Shown: in pieces, positions 38,661 to 50,356 of the stretch
Numbering within the stretch: position 1 is the stretch's first letter
Layout of the letters: each line of letters begins with the position of its first letter
NCBI GenBank assembly: GCA_964252035.1
Contig: OZ176201.1
Length of the DNA: 64,000 nucleotides
From: Podarcis erhardii
Lineage: Eukaryota
Reading direction: 5' to 3' (one strand)
Translations under genes and position numbers: made by a program
The notes under the pieces: generated by a model
What the model was told of the DNA's origin: nothing
Database searches by the model: none
Seen by the model: only the letters and a program-made list of their open reading frames with translations

Positions 38661-41176
38661 GTAGGATGCTAACTTGACCTTCACTTTGTAATGGCGGCCC
38701 CCGCCCACCCAGACAGACTGTTGTAAACAGAAGTCATCCGACAAAAAAAAAAAAAAAAGATTAGCACCGGGCAGACAAGGTCTCGCAGAATTGCTAACAC
38801 ATTTGCTGGTTTTTAAGCGGCGGCAAACGAGGTACAATATTCTCTGAACTACAGTAGGGGACGGAGTGGGGGTGGGGGATGGAGGAGGAGGAGGGAGAAG
38901 AAGAAGAAGGGGGGCGGGCCTCATCATTGGAGATCAACAAAGGTCTCCCCAGATCTTTAGTTTGCTGTATTAAAGGGTTGTTAAGAGGGGGTCTTCCAAC
39001 GCCGGGCTTCGTTTAGATTACAGCGTCCGGAGCTGTTGTTGAATGTGGCCTTGAGGTAGAGGGTGGCTGGGTGACTGGGTGGGGGTGGCCGGCGCTTCTC
39101 TTAATGAATTTATCTGTCCAGATTCCTTAAAAAACAGCAATTCTTCATTACGATGACGACGAGGACGGACGATTTACGAATTCACTTTAATTTTAATGCA
39201 GGAGATCATTCAAAAAAATCGCCTCTGCTTTTATTTAAATCTATAGAATGTTTTGTTTACGTCAATCTGAAATGGAAAGTGTTAAAAGAAAGCGCGAGTA
39301 GCCTTCCTTCTTTCCTTTTTAAGGAAGGCAACGAGAGTCTCCTGACTCGCCATTTCCGCAGCAGCCAAATCACAACAGTGGCAAAAAGTTTGTCAGAGTG
39401 CAGAAAATAGGTTTAGTTTTCCTTTTCGAAATGCTGTGTTTGGGCCCAGGAAAACGCTCGGTCCGTGATTGTCAGTGCGGGGAGTTCAGCCTTGTATGGT
39501 GGTGGCGGCTGTTTGCTGGGGGGGGGGGGAGGGAGGAGGAATCGAGACTGTACCTGATCAAACAATATAATTTATTTAACATACCTTTTTGCTTGTTAGT
39601 TACCTAGACATAATGGAGCGCTATCGATAGACGGGTCATGGATCCCGATCCACTGCACGTATTAGACGATCGTCTCCATTTAAGTCATTTTATCCCCCTT
39701 TAAACCAACCTAGTAATAATGGCCACCAAGTTATTGCATCTTCCACAAACTCAGAACTTTTAAAATCAGCGCCGCATACTTCACTGATGCAACGCCGCCA
39801 GTAGTTTATATAGATGAGTAACTAGGAAAGGCACGACCAAAGACCAATTAATTTCAATGAGGAAGAATTAAGCACGTGCTTAATCGACAACAAGGGGACT
39901 TACAAGCGCTCCACTTTGACTGGATCCTGCCCTTTCAGGAATACAGAGGAGGCAGTAAACTCTAGGTATTGTTAGGCTGATATTGTATCACTACATTCTG
40001 ACGCAGATAACTGGCATAGCAAGCAGAGCATGTTTGCTTGTTTGTATGTTTATTTGTGTGGAGAAACACAACATTCTAATCAGACTCATCATAAGCATGA
40101 AAAAGGGTGAACATGTTCAAGTCTCTGTCGGCAAACACAACCACCTATTGCCCGGTCTTGGCGGGCTAATCGTCGCCTTCATTTCAAAGCTGCCCTCTCC
40201 CTTTGATTTTAGCAGCAGCTACTGGGAGGTGTGTTTTGTGGGTGTTTAAAGCCCTTCGTTTGGTGGCCCTACGTGTACCTCTGAGACGGAGTACATGCGT
40301 TCTCCTTTGTCATTTACATCCAGAGCTCTGGATTTGTTCCTTTGAATATTTGTTCCTTAATTCCTATGGCTGCTTTGTATGGCCCCTCACTGACCCAAAA
40401 TTTGCACTACCACGCAAACGCATGCAGAATATGTGCAAATATTTTGCCCCCACTCAGTCAGGAATCCTCGAGGGACACAAAGGATGCCGGCAGCAGGACT
40501 TTGCTGATTGTGCAACCTTTAAAGGACAATTCGGTGGAACTCCCTCTTCAACTGCAGTAAATGGCAGAGCTCTCGCAGATTTTGATGGTGAGTCTTGGAA
40601 GGCGCTAGCTGTTCGCTATTAGGACTCCCTCCTACCCCACCCTATTTCATATAATAATACTAATGATTCTTTCTTTCTCAAAACCTCACACAGCCTCATA
40701 ATAGATTAATAGTTCTTCATCACAATGAGATGAATTTTCACATGCCCTTTAATTATCATCTCATCTCCAGCGAACACTGGTTTTGGAGAAGGTAAAGGGG
40801 AGGTATTGGATACAACTACAAAGATGGTCCCCCCCCCCCTTGGGAAGATTAATGTTGGCTGTGATTCTTAAAAGATCTTCAGATATAGCCCAGGCTGCTT
40901 GCATAACAACTATCAACTACCACAAGGCCTTCATCACATCACTTTATTAAAGGGGGAAAGTATTTTTAGCCTGTCTGTTTCAGACCCAGCCAACCATAAA
41001 GAAAGATTCTTAAATGCAAATGCGGTCTTATTTGGGTTCCAGAAAGGCAAATGAGATTTCTAACTTTTGGGCATGCCTTAAAAGGAGAGTTTTTAAAGCC
41101 ACCTTCACTCTTAATTATGGGAAAGCCCTAGCGTTTCCAAATATAGGAAAACGACTCAGTCCAAGTTAAGCGTCAA

Positions 41177-41212
41177 CTTGCTTCTGAGTAAAACTGGATA
41201 GGATCCGGCTGC
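41177..41212 (+). mobile_element. Half copy of palindromic repeat family A
   Basis: CTTGCTTCTGAGTAAAACTGGATAGGATC matches the 3' half (TTACTTCTGAGTAGACATGGATA) of the 61661 copy. Confidence 0.45.
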
Positions 41213-42170
41213 AAAATTTATCGCTTTCAAGTGGGAGAGATTTAAACACCTGCTTTGAGGCTGCAGTCATAGGCAGACACATTTACTTGGGAATAAGTAA
41301 ATAGGGATAGTATGAGGGAGCACATCTCTCTGAACTCTATAGAACTCCATAGCCCTTAACTCAAGCTAGAATGTGTGCACATTTCCTTTCAAATTAAGGT
41401 TATTGGGAGATACACGTAGACATAACCTCATGTTGTTGTTAGTTTGTTGGTTGGTAAGTGAGTGGTTTTCTTTAATTGATTCATCAACTCTGCTGGTTAA
41501 CATAATCTCACAGAAACAAAGCCTGGCTGTAAGAAATTCTAAGCAAACTCTTATGGCTCCTGCAAGGAATACAAATGTATCCATCTTTGTATCTTTCCTA
41601 TCCTTTTCATCTTTATTATCACTCTTGTTAACAACACCAGCGAGGCTTGATACATATATCTCGTTTAAATGCAGTCAACCATGAAGCCACTGCAGTTGGT
41701 TGCTACAGACATATTAATTAATTTATTCTCTCAACAGTAAAATATTGCTGTGTCTCCTTGCTACCAACCAAGTCATATAAAAATCAGGGTTTATTTTTTT
41801 ACCCCCTCTGCAGTTCATTAGGCTTTACCTATAAGTTTCCATTTGAAATGATTTGCTTTAAAACTAATTACTCGTATTCTATTTCATTTCCCAATCCCGG
41901 AGTGTAAGATGGATTCAAAGGTGGCGTGGGTGGCATATGTTGGTAAACATTGCTAATTATTCCCACTCTGTCTTGATTGTGTATTTATGAACCCACCCAT
42001 ATAAAAGGGGGAGAAAATACTCAGTAAAAGGTGCGCTGGCATATTGATGATAATGGCACATGTTACTTAAAAGAGTGCAGTGTCGCTAGGGACAGTGTAA
42101 GATGATAATGTATCAGCCGAGATTTTGTTTAGCAGATTTCCACTTTGAGAATAAAATATTGGACTCACTC

Positions 42171-42366
42171 GCAGCGCATTCCAATACACACCTACTCAGA
42201 AGTGAGCCTCTTTGAGGTTAGGCAACGTGGTGCCCTCCAGGTGTGGTGGACTGCCAAAGCCTATCAGTCCAAGGCAGCATGTCCAATGGTCAGGGATGAT
42301 GGGAGTTGGAGTCCAACATCTGCAGAACACCACAGTAGACTATTCATGGTGTATATAGGACTGCAG
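42171..42366 (-). mobile_element. Family A palindromic repeat split by an inserted MITE (left part 42171-42218, right part about 42337-42366)
   Basis: Left GCAGCGCATTCCAATACACACCTACTCAGAAGTGAGCC; right GTGTATATAGGACTGCAG. The two ends are mutually inverted. Confidence 0.55.
42219..42342. mobile_element. Fold-back hAT-like MITE
   Basis: Left arm 42227-42266 GTGGTGCCCTCCAGGTGTGGTGGACTGCCAAAGCCTATCA versus reverse complement of right arm 42297-42333 GTGGTGTTCTGCAGATGTTGGACTCCAACTCCCATCA. The 5' end TAGGCAAC resembles the TIR of the neighbouring element. Confidence 0.75.
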
Positions 42367-42540
42367 TTTCAGGGTGAGGAAAAAGAGAATAAGGACCAGA
42401 ATTGCACACTGGGATGACAACAGAAGGCCCAAGCATAGGCTAGCCCTGCACAATGTCTACAGTGCTCCAGGTGTATTCAGAAAAGACTGTTTTGGGGCCA
42501 TGGCTTCTAGGGAATTTCAGGGACCTCTGTCTGCCTAATT

Positions 42541-42793
42541 CAGGGGTAGGCAACCTAAGGCCCAGGGGCCAGATGCGGCCCAATCGCCTTCTCAATCTGG
42601 CTCGCGGACGGTCCAGGAATCCGTGTGATTTTACATGAGTAGAATGTGTCCTTTTATTTAAAATGCATCTATGGGTTATTTGTGGGGCATAGGAATTCGT
42701 TCATTTCCCCCCCTCCAAAATATAGTCTGGCCCCCAACATGGTCTGAGGGATGGTGAACAGGCCCATGGCTGAAAAAGGTTGCTGACCTCCTG
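42541..42793. mobile_element. Non-autonomous hAT (Charlie/Tip100-like) DNA transposon, about 253 bp
   Basis: TIRs CAGGGGTAGGCAACCT ... AGGTTGCTGACCTCCTG, subterminal GGCCC motifs, near-matching 8-bp flanks GCCTAATT / GCCCTAAT, and no coding capacity. Confidence 0.85.
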
Positions 42794-45486
42794 GCCCTAA
42801 TCTCTGAGTAAATGCTGGCACATAGCTTCAATTGCAATCTCAATTCCAAACAAGTGGGCAGGGCAGACCACTTGCCAGGGGAGCTAGTTGATGGTTACAC
42901 CTCCTGGGCTGATACACTTCCTTAATCCCAATGGCAAGGATTTGATCCTCTGTGTTTGCATTTGCTGAAGAGAGGTATGCCCACATCAGTACTGTTAAGG
43001 TATTTATTTACCCCTCCAGGGATATCTCTTCTGGTGTGGCTGAGGACTAGTATTGAAATAAAATCAGAAATGAGGGGAAAGTAGATGTTGCTTTCATTAA
43101 GCAGCATCTAAGAGTCCTCTCTGATGTGGTTTTAAGCTCTTTCCACTCAAATGGAAAACAATGGGACTTAAAGTGTGTTTAACTCCGACTGGATAGGATC
43201 TATCATTATAATGATGAAGAATCCAAGAAAAGGTAACCACTTTAAAGTCCTGTTGATTACAGTAGGGTAATCAGAGTTAAACACCTGATTAACTCAAAGA
43301 GCTTTTAATTTTGAGTAGATCGTGCCCGTTTGTATAACTAACTCTACTACTCCCGCATTGCACCTATATGATAGCGTACCTAGGGTGCCATTAATATAGG
43401 GTGCTATATTAATACAGTATTTACATAATGTTATGTAAGTATTCATTTTTAAGCTTCCCGTTTAAAAAGGTTGGAGAGATTAATAATGAGGGCTATAATA
43501 TTTCCTCCGGAACACGCCTGGCCCCAATCTTCTGATCGCCCTTTGCTATTCGGTGTCCCGAAAGAAGATGCAGTCGTAACAAAGCCTATCCTTTTTCGAA
43601 AATAGACACAGTTTGTACGTGGCAAATGGCGCCTAGTGTCATACACGAGCGAATGACCCTATATAATGGAATTTCATTTTTTAATGCCCTTCACGACGAG
43701 ATTTGTTATGTTATCTTTTTTGCTTTCTCTTCAGTCTGCGGGGTCTTTCCAAAAGACCAGAAGAGCATGGGAATGTTTGCAAAACATTTTTGGCTGCAGC
43801 CGTTGACGGGATGAAAGCCAAGGCAAAGGGAAGAGACAGACAGATAGCTTTGCCGCAGATCTTCCGTGAAGTCCAAGACCAAGGCTTGCTGACCCCCAAG
43901 CGAGGGACCATTTGTCAAGAGGGAAGACATCCCGTGCGCCCGGGAAACCGCGAGAAACAGTATTTCAATTGTCTTATATATGCTTCAAAATAGCACCGAT
44001 TATGAATTCTCAGTAAGTAGATATATGGCAGTCACTGCAGAGGCTAAGCTTACCGAAATATAAGATAGATACAGGGATTAGAGAGAGAGACAGACAGATG
44101 GATAAGACGGACAGACAGAAAGCGGAGGCAGGCCAACCAGTATTCCACATTTGCACATTAGCACGAGACAATGGCGTTTTAATAATTTAAAATAATAAAA
44201 AAAATTAATCACTGGCTTGCATTTTTTTTTTAATCCACGCTAACATTTCCCTACTTTGGTAACTTGAAGGAAATGTGTCAAATACATTGTTATCCGGATC
44301 ATAAAAGCTGCCTTCTTACTTGGGAACAAGTTCCATTGGAATAACTATGCATAATGCGACATGCTGCTGCTGTTGGTGGTGGTTTAGTAAGAAGGAAAAG
44401 GACATCCTGTTAAACCGATCCTGAATTTTGGGTGGTAGTTGTGGTGGTGATGCGTGTGGAGCTTACCTGATACTGGCGAGCAAGCAAAACACATCGCTGG
44501 GCTTTTCTTGGGACTAGCATGCATCGCTTCAGATCTATAATATATAATTACTCTTTGCACCATCTTTCTGCGCTGAACAATGACTATTATGTGCATATGT
44601 TCAGCCCCAGAGGGTAAATTCTCTATTTCCCCCCGATAACACATAAAACATTTGCTCACAACCCTTTCGGTATAGAGAACACCTATAGTAAAATAATACT
44701 AATAATGATAAAGATAAAGCATTACTTGTTTTTGGACCAAGCCTATGCGCTTTTGCATATTTCCCATAATTTTGGAATAATTTGCACTGTTGAAATACAA
44801 CTTAACTGGGTGTGTGCCTGTTGTTGGGGTTCCCCCCCCTTATTCTCTTGAAGGCAGAATTATTCCTTGCAATTCAGGAGATGGGGTTATACTTTCCGCT
44901 TCTTAATGAATTCATTTTAAAGCCATAGCTATGAAATACACCCCTATATAAAAAAAAGCAGCAGCAGAAGCAGCAAGCAAGCTGAGGAACAATACGCACT
45001 TTTACTGCGAGCAACAATTTGTCCTAGCCACTCAATGGTAATAAATAAGTTTTATCTATTTGGGTGAGTGTTTAAGCGTCTTTGGAACCAAGCATTCCCT
45101 CTTCAAGGTGAACCGATCCACAATTTTCTACACAATTTATGCCTCTATATACAATCCCGGCTTGTTGGAGATGATCCAGAACCCTATTCACTTCTGTGGA
45201 GCCCTTAACAGTCCTCATATGACAACCAACGTTCCGTGCACACCTCCAGTAAAAGAGGCAGAAATGATATTTGTGTGGGTACTTCTTTCGAAGAAATGAG
45301 AGTGAAAAAAGAAAAGAGAAACCTTGTGAGTGAAATCTATATCCTTTTGAAGCCAAGGGCAAGTCTCCAATTGATTTTAATGGTGGTGAATGACAGCTCT
45401 TGAAAGCACGGTGGGGAGTGATTCAGTGAGATGGGCACCCCTAAACAAATGCACTTGAAAGAAAGTCCTACAGAGATACACCAAGG

Positions 45487-45562
45487 TCCTCTGCGTCCTT
45501 ACACAGAAGTAAGCCCCACTTAGTTGAATGCAGATTACTCCCTAGTAAAGGGTGCATAGAGA
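45487..45562 (-). mobile_element. Palindromic repeat family A copy (reverse orientation)
   Basis: TTACACAGAAGTAAGCCCCACTTAGTTGAATG...TTACTCCCTAGTAAAGGGTGCATAG is the reverse complement pattern of the 45701 and 61661 copies. Confidence 0.65.
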
Positions 45563-45700
45563 CGGTATTACTACTGCTGCTGCTAGCTCTTTTGAGTGTT
45601 CTGAGCACTTCAATCCCTACAACAACCTTGAACGGTAGGTCAGTGTTATTAAAGGTGAGCAAGGTGAGATTGCCATGTTAACAGCTTGCCTAGCGCCTGC

Positions 45701-45787
45701 TAGGCTGTAACGCTACACAAATTTACCTGCGAGTTAATTCCATTGAACTTAATGGGGCTTACTTCTGGGTAGGCATGTAGAGAATTG
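45701..45787 (+). mobile_element. Palindromic repeat family A copy
   Basis: TAGGCTGTAACGCTACAC...TTACCTGCGAGT...CCATTGAACTTAATGG GGCTTACTTCTGGGTAGGCATGTAGAGAATTG, with central palindrome CCATT..AATGG at 45740-45755. Confidence 0.7.
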
Positions 45788-46342
45788 AACTCTTAAGGGC
45801 CGCAGCGAGGTTTGTACCAGGGACTAGCCCTCAGCGAAACTTGCTTCCAGATAAGCACCTTAGGCTCCAATTATTGCAAGGAAAAGAACGCACATAGAGT
45901 TTTCTGTGCTGGGGGAATCAAGAGTTACCTATCTATACCTCGAGGCATCCATAGCCGCCATTATTAGCATTTAAATGAATTTGGGCCGGATTCTTAAGGG
46001 GAACAGTGTGAATATTAGAGGAATCGGTGAATGTTTAAAGGATCAGGGCCCCGTTGTCTTGCAACTTCCCATAGATCTCCATTACTCTTGATGTATCGTA
46101 GAAATAGTTTCCCTTGAAATGGATATTACATCCTAAAAGCTTCTGGGCTCATATCCAGCCCAGGTACTGAACAATATCGAGTTCCAAATGTAGAATGTTC
46201 ACCTACAAAGGCACTATAGCCCTATGAACAAAGAAGCAACATTTTATATCATTCGTGTCATTAAATTTTAACTCATAGCCCGCTGTTATAATTTCTTCCT
46301 GGACTTTATGAAGGATTTCCTATTAATTTCGCGCGCGCGCAA

Positions 46343-46373
<31 letters not shown>

Positions 46374-47126
46374 CCCGCAGCTCCACCCAGTATTTTAAAT
46401 GCGTGCGATGGGGTCAGAGCTGAATACAATCGGATGCTGTTGCCGACAAATAAGAGGAGGCTGACCAAACCTTGTATGTTCACCTTTTAAATAATATTAT
46501 GCACACACAATATACAAATCAATACATCCCCAATGATCCGTCTCTGATACCGATACGTGTGCGAGTGTTGTTTGGTCACAATTGCAGCTCCTGCACACCA
46601 CAAGCCAAGCAGCCTCTCTGGCGCGTCAATATTGTGTGTGTTCAGAAGGGGGCGTCGCGGGTTGGGGGGAGGAGAGAGGAGTTAGCAAACTACATCACCG
46701 ATCTCTAACAATTGCCTTCGCGCAATCTCTTTCTTTCCTTAATGCACCTATACCATAAGAACACAGGACCTCTTTGCAAGGAAGTGCCTTCTTCTAATAA
46801 CAGGACTAAAGAAAGCGGAGAGAATAGACTGCTCACACCTATCCTATTCCCACTTATTAAGAGCCGAAGGCGCAAAGGATTCTACATGGGGATGAGCAGT
46901 TCTTGATCCGCTTTTTGGAGATGGTCTCTCCCTCCTCCCCTTCACAATCCACTTATTGATCTTTTAAAAGGTTTTTGGCGTGCGTGCGCCTGCCGGTGTG
47001 TGTATTAATGCATTGCTCCAGCCGCCACTAAACTTTATGGTTGAACCGAAGACCTGAAAGGTGGATAAAACCATTACATGTAAATCTTCCTTTCCAGAGG
47101 AAGATTCCACCTCTCTCTCTCCCCCT

Positions 47127-47175
47127 ATACATACATACATACATACATACATACATACATACATACATACATACA
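47127..47175. repeat. (ATAC)12 tetranucleotide microsatellite
   Basis: Perfect tandem run. Confidence 0.95.
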
Positions 47176-50100
47176 CCCCCATCCCCTACCACTCATACAA
47201 CCTACACAATTCATGAAATTTAAATTGACTCTGTGGAATCGCTGCTATAAAGGCACCTGGCTGGATATTCAGAAGAGAGAATAAAACACGAAGCCAACGG
47301 GAGGAATTAAATATGGGCTTATTGAAGAAGATCGAATCCAAGGCTCGTGAGGGTTTTTGTGCTTTGTTTTGGAGGTGGGGTATTTGTTTTGTTTTTGTTT
47401 CTATTACAAGAGTTGCAGATTTAAATAAAAGTGTCTCTTAATTAAAAAAAAAAATCCATGTTATTTTAAATAAATAAATATCTTCCCCCTTTAATCTAGG
47501 GGAACTTTGTCTTGGCCTCAGTTGCTCCTGAAAGGGGACAAAAAGAAATAGACTGGTGACACTTCTCTTTCCCAGTGAACAAAATATCAGTAATGATTCC
47601 GTTTATAAGCAAGGCCATCAGAAGACCCCCCCCCCAAAAAAAACACACACCCTTATATTCGCATTAAACGTTAACATCCCAGATTCATTTACTCTCTTAT
47701 CTTCTTGGATTTTTTTTTTTAATTATAGGTATCATTGTGCTCCGAGGCACCCCTTACTTTACAACCTATTTTATATATCCACTTAATTATTTTTTTAAGG
47801 GAAACATGATCTATATACCTCCAAATGTTTCATTGGCTTATTTCTGTGTGCGCGCTACTCTTTTACTAAGCTTTCTCGGTCCTCCAACAGTCGATGGTAA
47901 ATCACCAACCAGAGGTTTGAAACATTTTATTTATTATCAGAAATCACATAATAATACATTCAATTTATTATTATTATCATTATCATTATTATTATCATCA
48001 TCATCATTATTATTGTGAAACAACTTTTTACATGACTATATAAAGCCGGGGGAACGTGCTATGGACAGACATTTGCATAGGCCCTACATATAATAGCTTG
48101 AGGTAAGAAACATTACATATGGACTATATTGCCAACGATGCATATTTAACAACAGCAGGAAACTAGACTAGAGAATAACAAGCGAAGGACCGAGCCACAG
48201 ACACCGGGAACTAACACAAGACGAACAGAATTCACACGGAATAATAATACTTCAATGCAATCTGAACGAGAATATTGCATATATTTAACTTCTTCATTTT
48301 CAAATTTTAAATTATTATTCCCCCTCCCTTTAAAAAAATCGTTGAAGTGGCAACTGAGAATCGCCTGTTATGTGCAGTTACACACCAAGGAGACCATTCT
48401 CAGGACTCAAGATTCTTGCTGGTGGGTTGTGTATTGTATTTCTAAGCGTAAAACTCCTTCGCTGTAGATAGAAATCGCTCTCGGCGCGTAAAATATTAAC
48501 ATCAAGACAGTCTCTTTCTCTCTGTCTGTCGCTTGCCACAATTGTAACCGAACGCTGCGTTATAACATTGCCCCCTAAACGCTCAAAACCCTGGTAAGCC
48601 AGAAGCCAACCCCTTCCAAAATGCAACCTTTTGCCAGCGAGTGACATGTCACATCTTTTCAAGAGGAAGCGATGGTAGCAAACCAAGTACAATACTGATA
48701 AGTCTGATTCCTCGAACATGTTCCTCCTTTACCGCACAGACACAAGTCTTCCCTTCTAGATTTATGCAACACACCCCATGACATTTCAGTTGGCTGAAAG
48801 TCGTTATTTTGACCGAAAATGCTGCTTCTTTCTTATGAATATTATTGAGAAAACTGGGACAAAATGGATGATGACAGCGCTACCGGCTTAAGCGGTTTCA
48901 TCGGACTGCTCTGTTCAAAGGAGGCAAAGCACAGGCTGGAGACAAGGGGAATGGCGTTAGACTGAAGCCTACAGTTTTCAGTTCTTCAAGGTACCTTTTT
49001 GGAGAAATAGGTAGGCGTCCTCCACATTTAGCCGCCTAACAACACAGACACCCACATGTGCTCTGTTCATTGCACATAACTGGGGGGGAAATATATGGAT
49101 GTCTCTCACACACGCCCCCCTCCCAATCTATTGCACATAATTGTGACTGGGTACCTATTAGATTCAAAGCAACTCACAGGCAGAGAGGATGCCTCATCTT
49201 TTACAAAGGTTAGAGTTTGTAAAGCGGAGGGGTGATATACCAAAAGGGTGATACTGGGATGGGGGACCTCTCAAAACTCTGGATATTGGGGGGGGGGCAG
49301 GGGGAAAGCGGACTAAAGACAAGGAACGATGGCACAGCCATGGGAAGCAGACCTAAATATAAGGCTTGCAAGGGTGGAGAATGAGCGGGGCGGGGGACAC
49401 ACAGAGGCATTTTAAGGACTAGACGGCATCCTTTGCAGCTCGTAAAGGCAAAGCATTCCTGCCACCGGCCATGACCATGAACGCCGGGACGGGGAGCCAC
49501 GTGGTGACAATTGAGTGTGGCCCAGGAAAACGTTGCCTTTGTCATAAAATTAATCCCCTCCGATATAAAAACGAATGAAGCAAAGCCTGTCGTAGCAAAA
49601 CTCGCCGCTTAGACCGTCTTGACCCCCCTCACCCTACTTTGCTGTTGTGGCTCATTTGTCTCTTCGTCCAGTTCCCGGCCGCTCCCCCCCCCCGCCCCGC
49701 GGCATTTTTTTTTTTTTTTAAGTATGCAATTAGGAAACCAGCAGAACAGAACGAGAATAGGTTCCTGGACCCCGATGGAATAAGTACCAGGAATATCAAG
49801 GGAACTTATTCCCAAGTCAATCATTTAACGGGCTGACAGGGAGAGAGATTCCTGTCGGGTTACTTCTACGGTTGCAGCAACCCTTGTCTGCCGCCTCCCC
49901 GCGCGCCTTCCTCCCCGCATTGAGTGGGAATTTAAGGAATGGGAGTTTAAGCAATGCCCAAGCCTGGCAGAGCTATTAGGAAATCTAATGGTTGTCTGAG
50001 GCAGGAGCTGACCGGCAAGGCAACCGGCTCTGCGCTTTCCCTTGCCTGCTCTGGGACTGTTCTACACCGGGGAAAGTACAAAGGGGAACCGGCGGTGGGG

Positions 50101-50279
50101 GTGGGAGTTAGACGGATGAATGAATGCATTGGGCAGAAATTACCGTATATCCCCCAAAGCAGAATGCGTGCGTTTGTGTGGCTGTAGTGTGTGTGTGTGG
50201 GGGGGGGAATAAGGCGACACCCCCCATAAATGTTCAGAGTCATCAGCTGCTGCCTATGAAAAATCAGGAATGAAAATAA

Positions 50280-50315
<36 letters not shown>

Positions 50316-50356
50316 ACACACACACACGGGGGGGGAGAGAGAGAGAGAGAGAGAGA
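50280..50356. repeat. Compound microsatellite (TG)n(AG)n(AC)n-G run-(AG)n
   Basis: Read directly from the sequence. Confidence 0.9.

Noticed and set aside
38851-38897. CAGTAGGGGA...GTGGGGG...GAGGGAG resembling the G-rich part of human HOTAIR exon 3
   Set aside because: It lies downstream of the exon-4-like block, so it is not colinear, and it is low complexity. The 38295-38369 match fits order and spacing better.
39443-49532. Exact 14-bp repeat GGCCCAGGAAAACG at 39443 and 49519
   Set aside because: Several shared 14-mers are expected by chance in 64 kb, and the flanks do not align.
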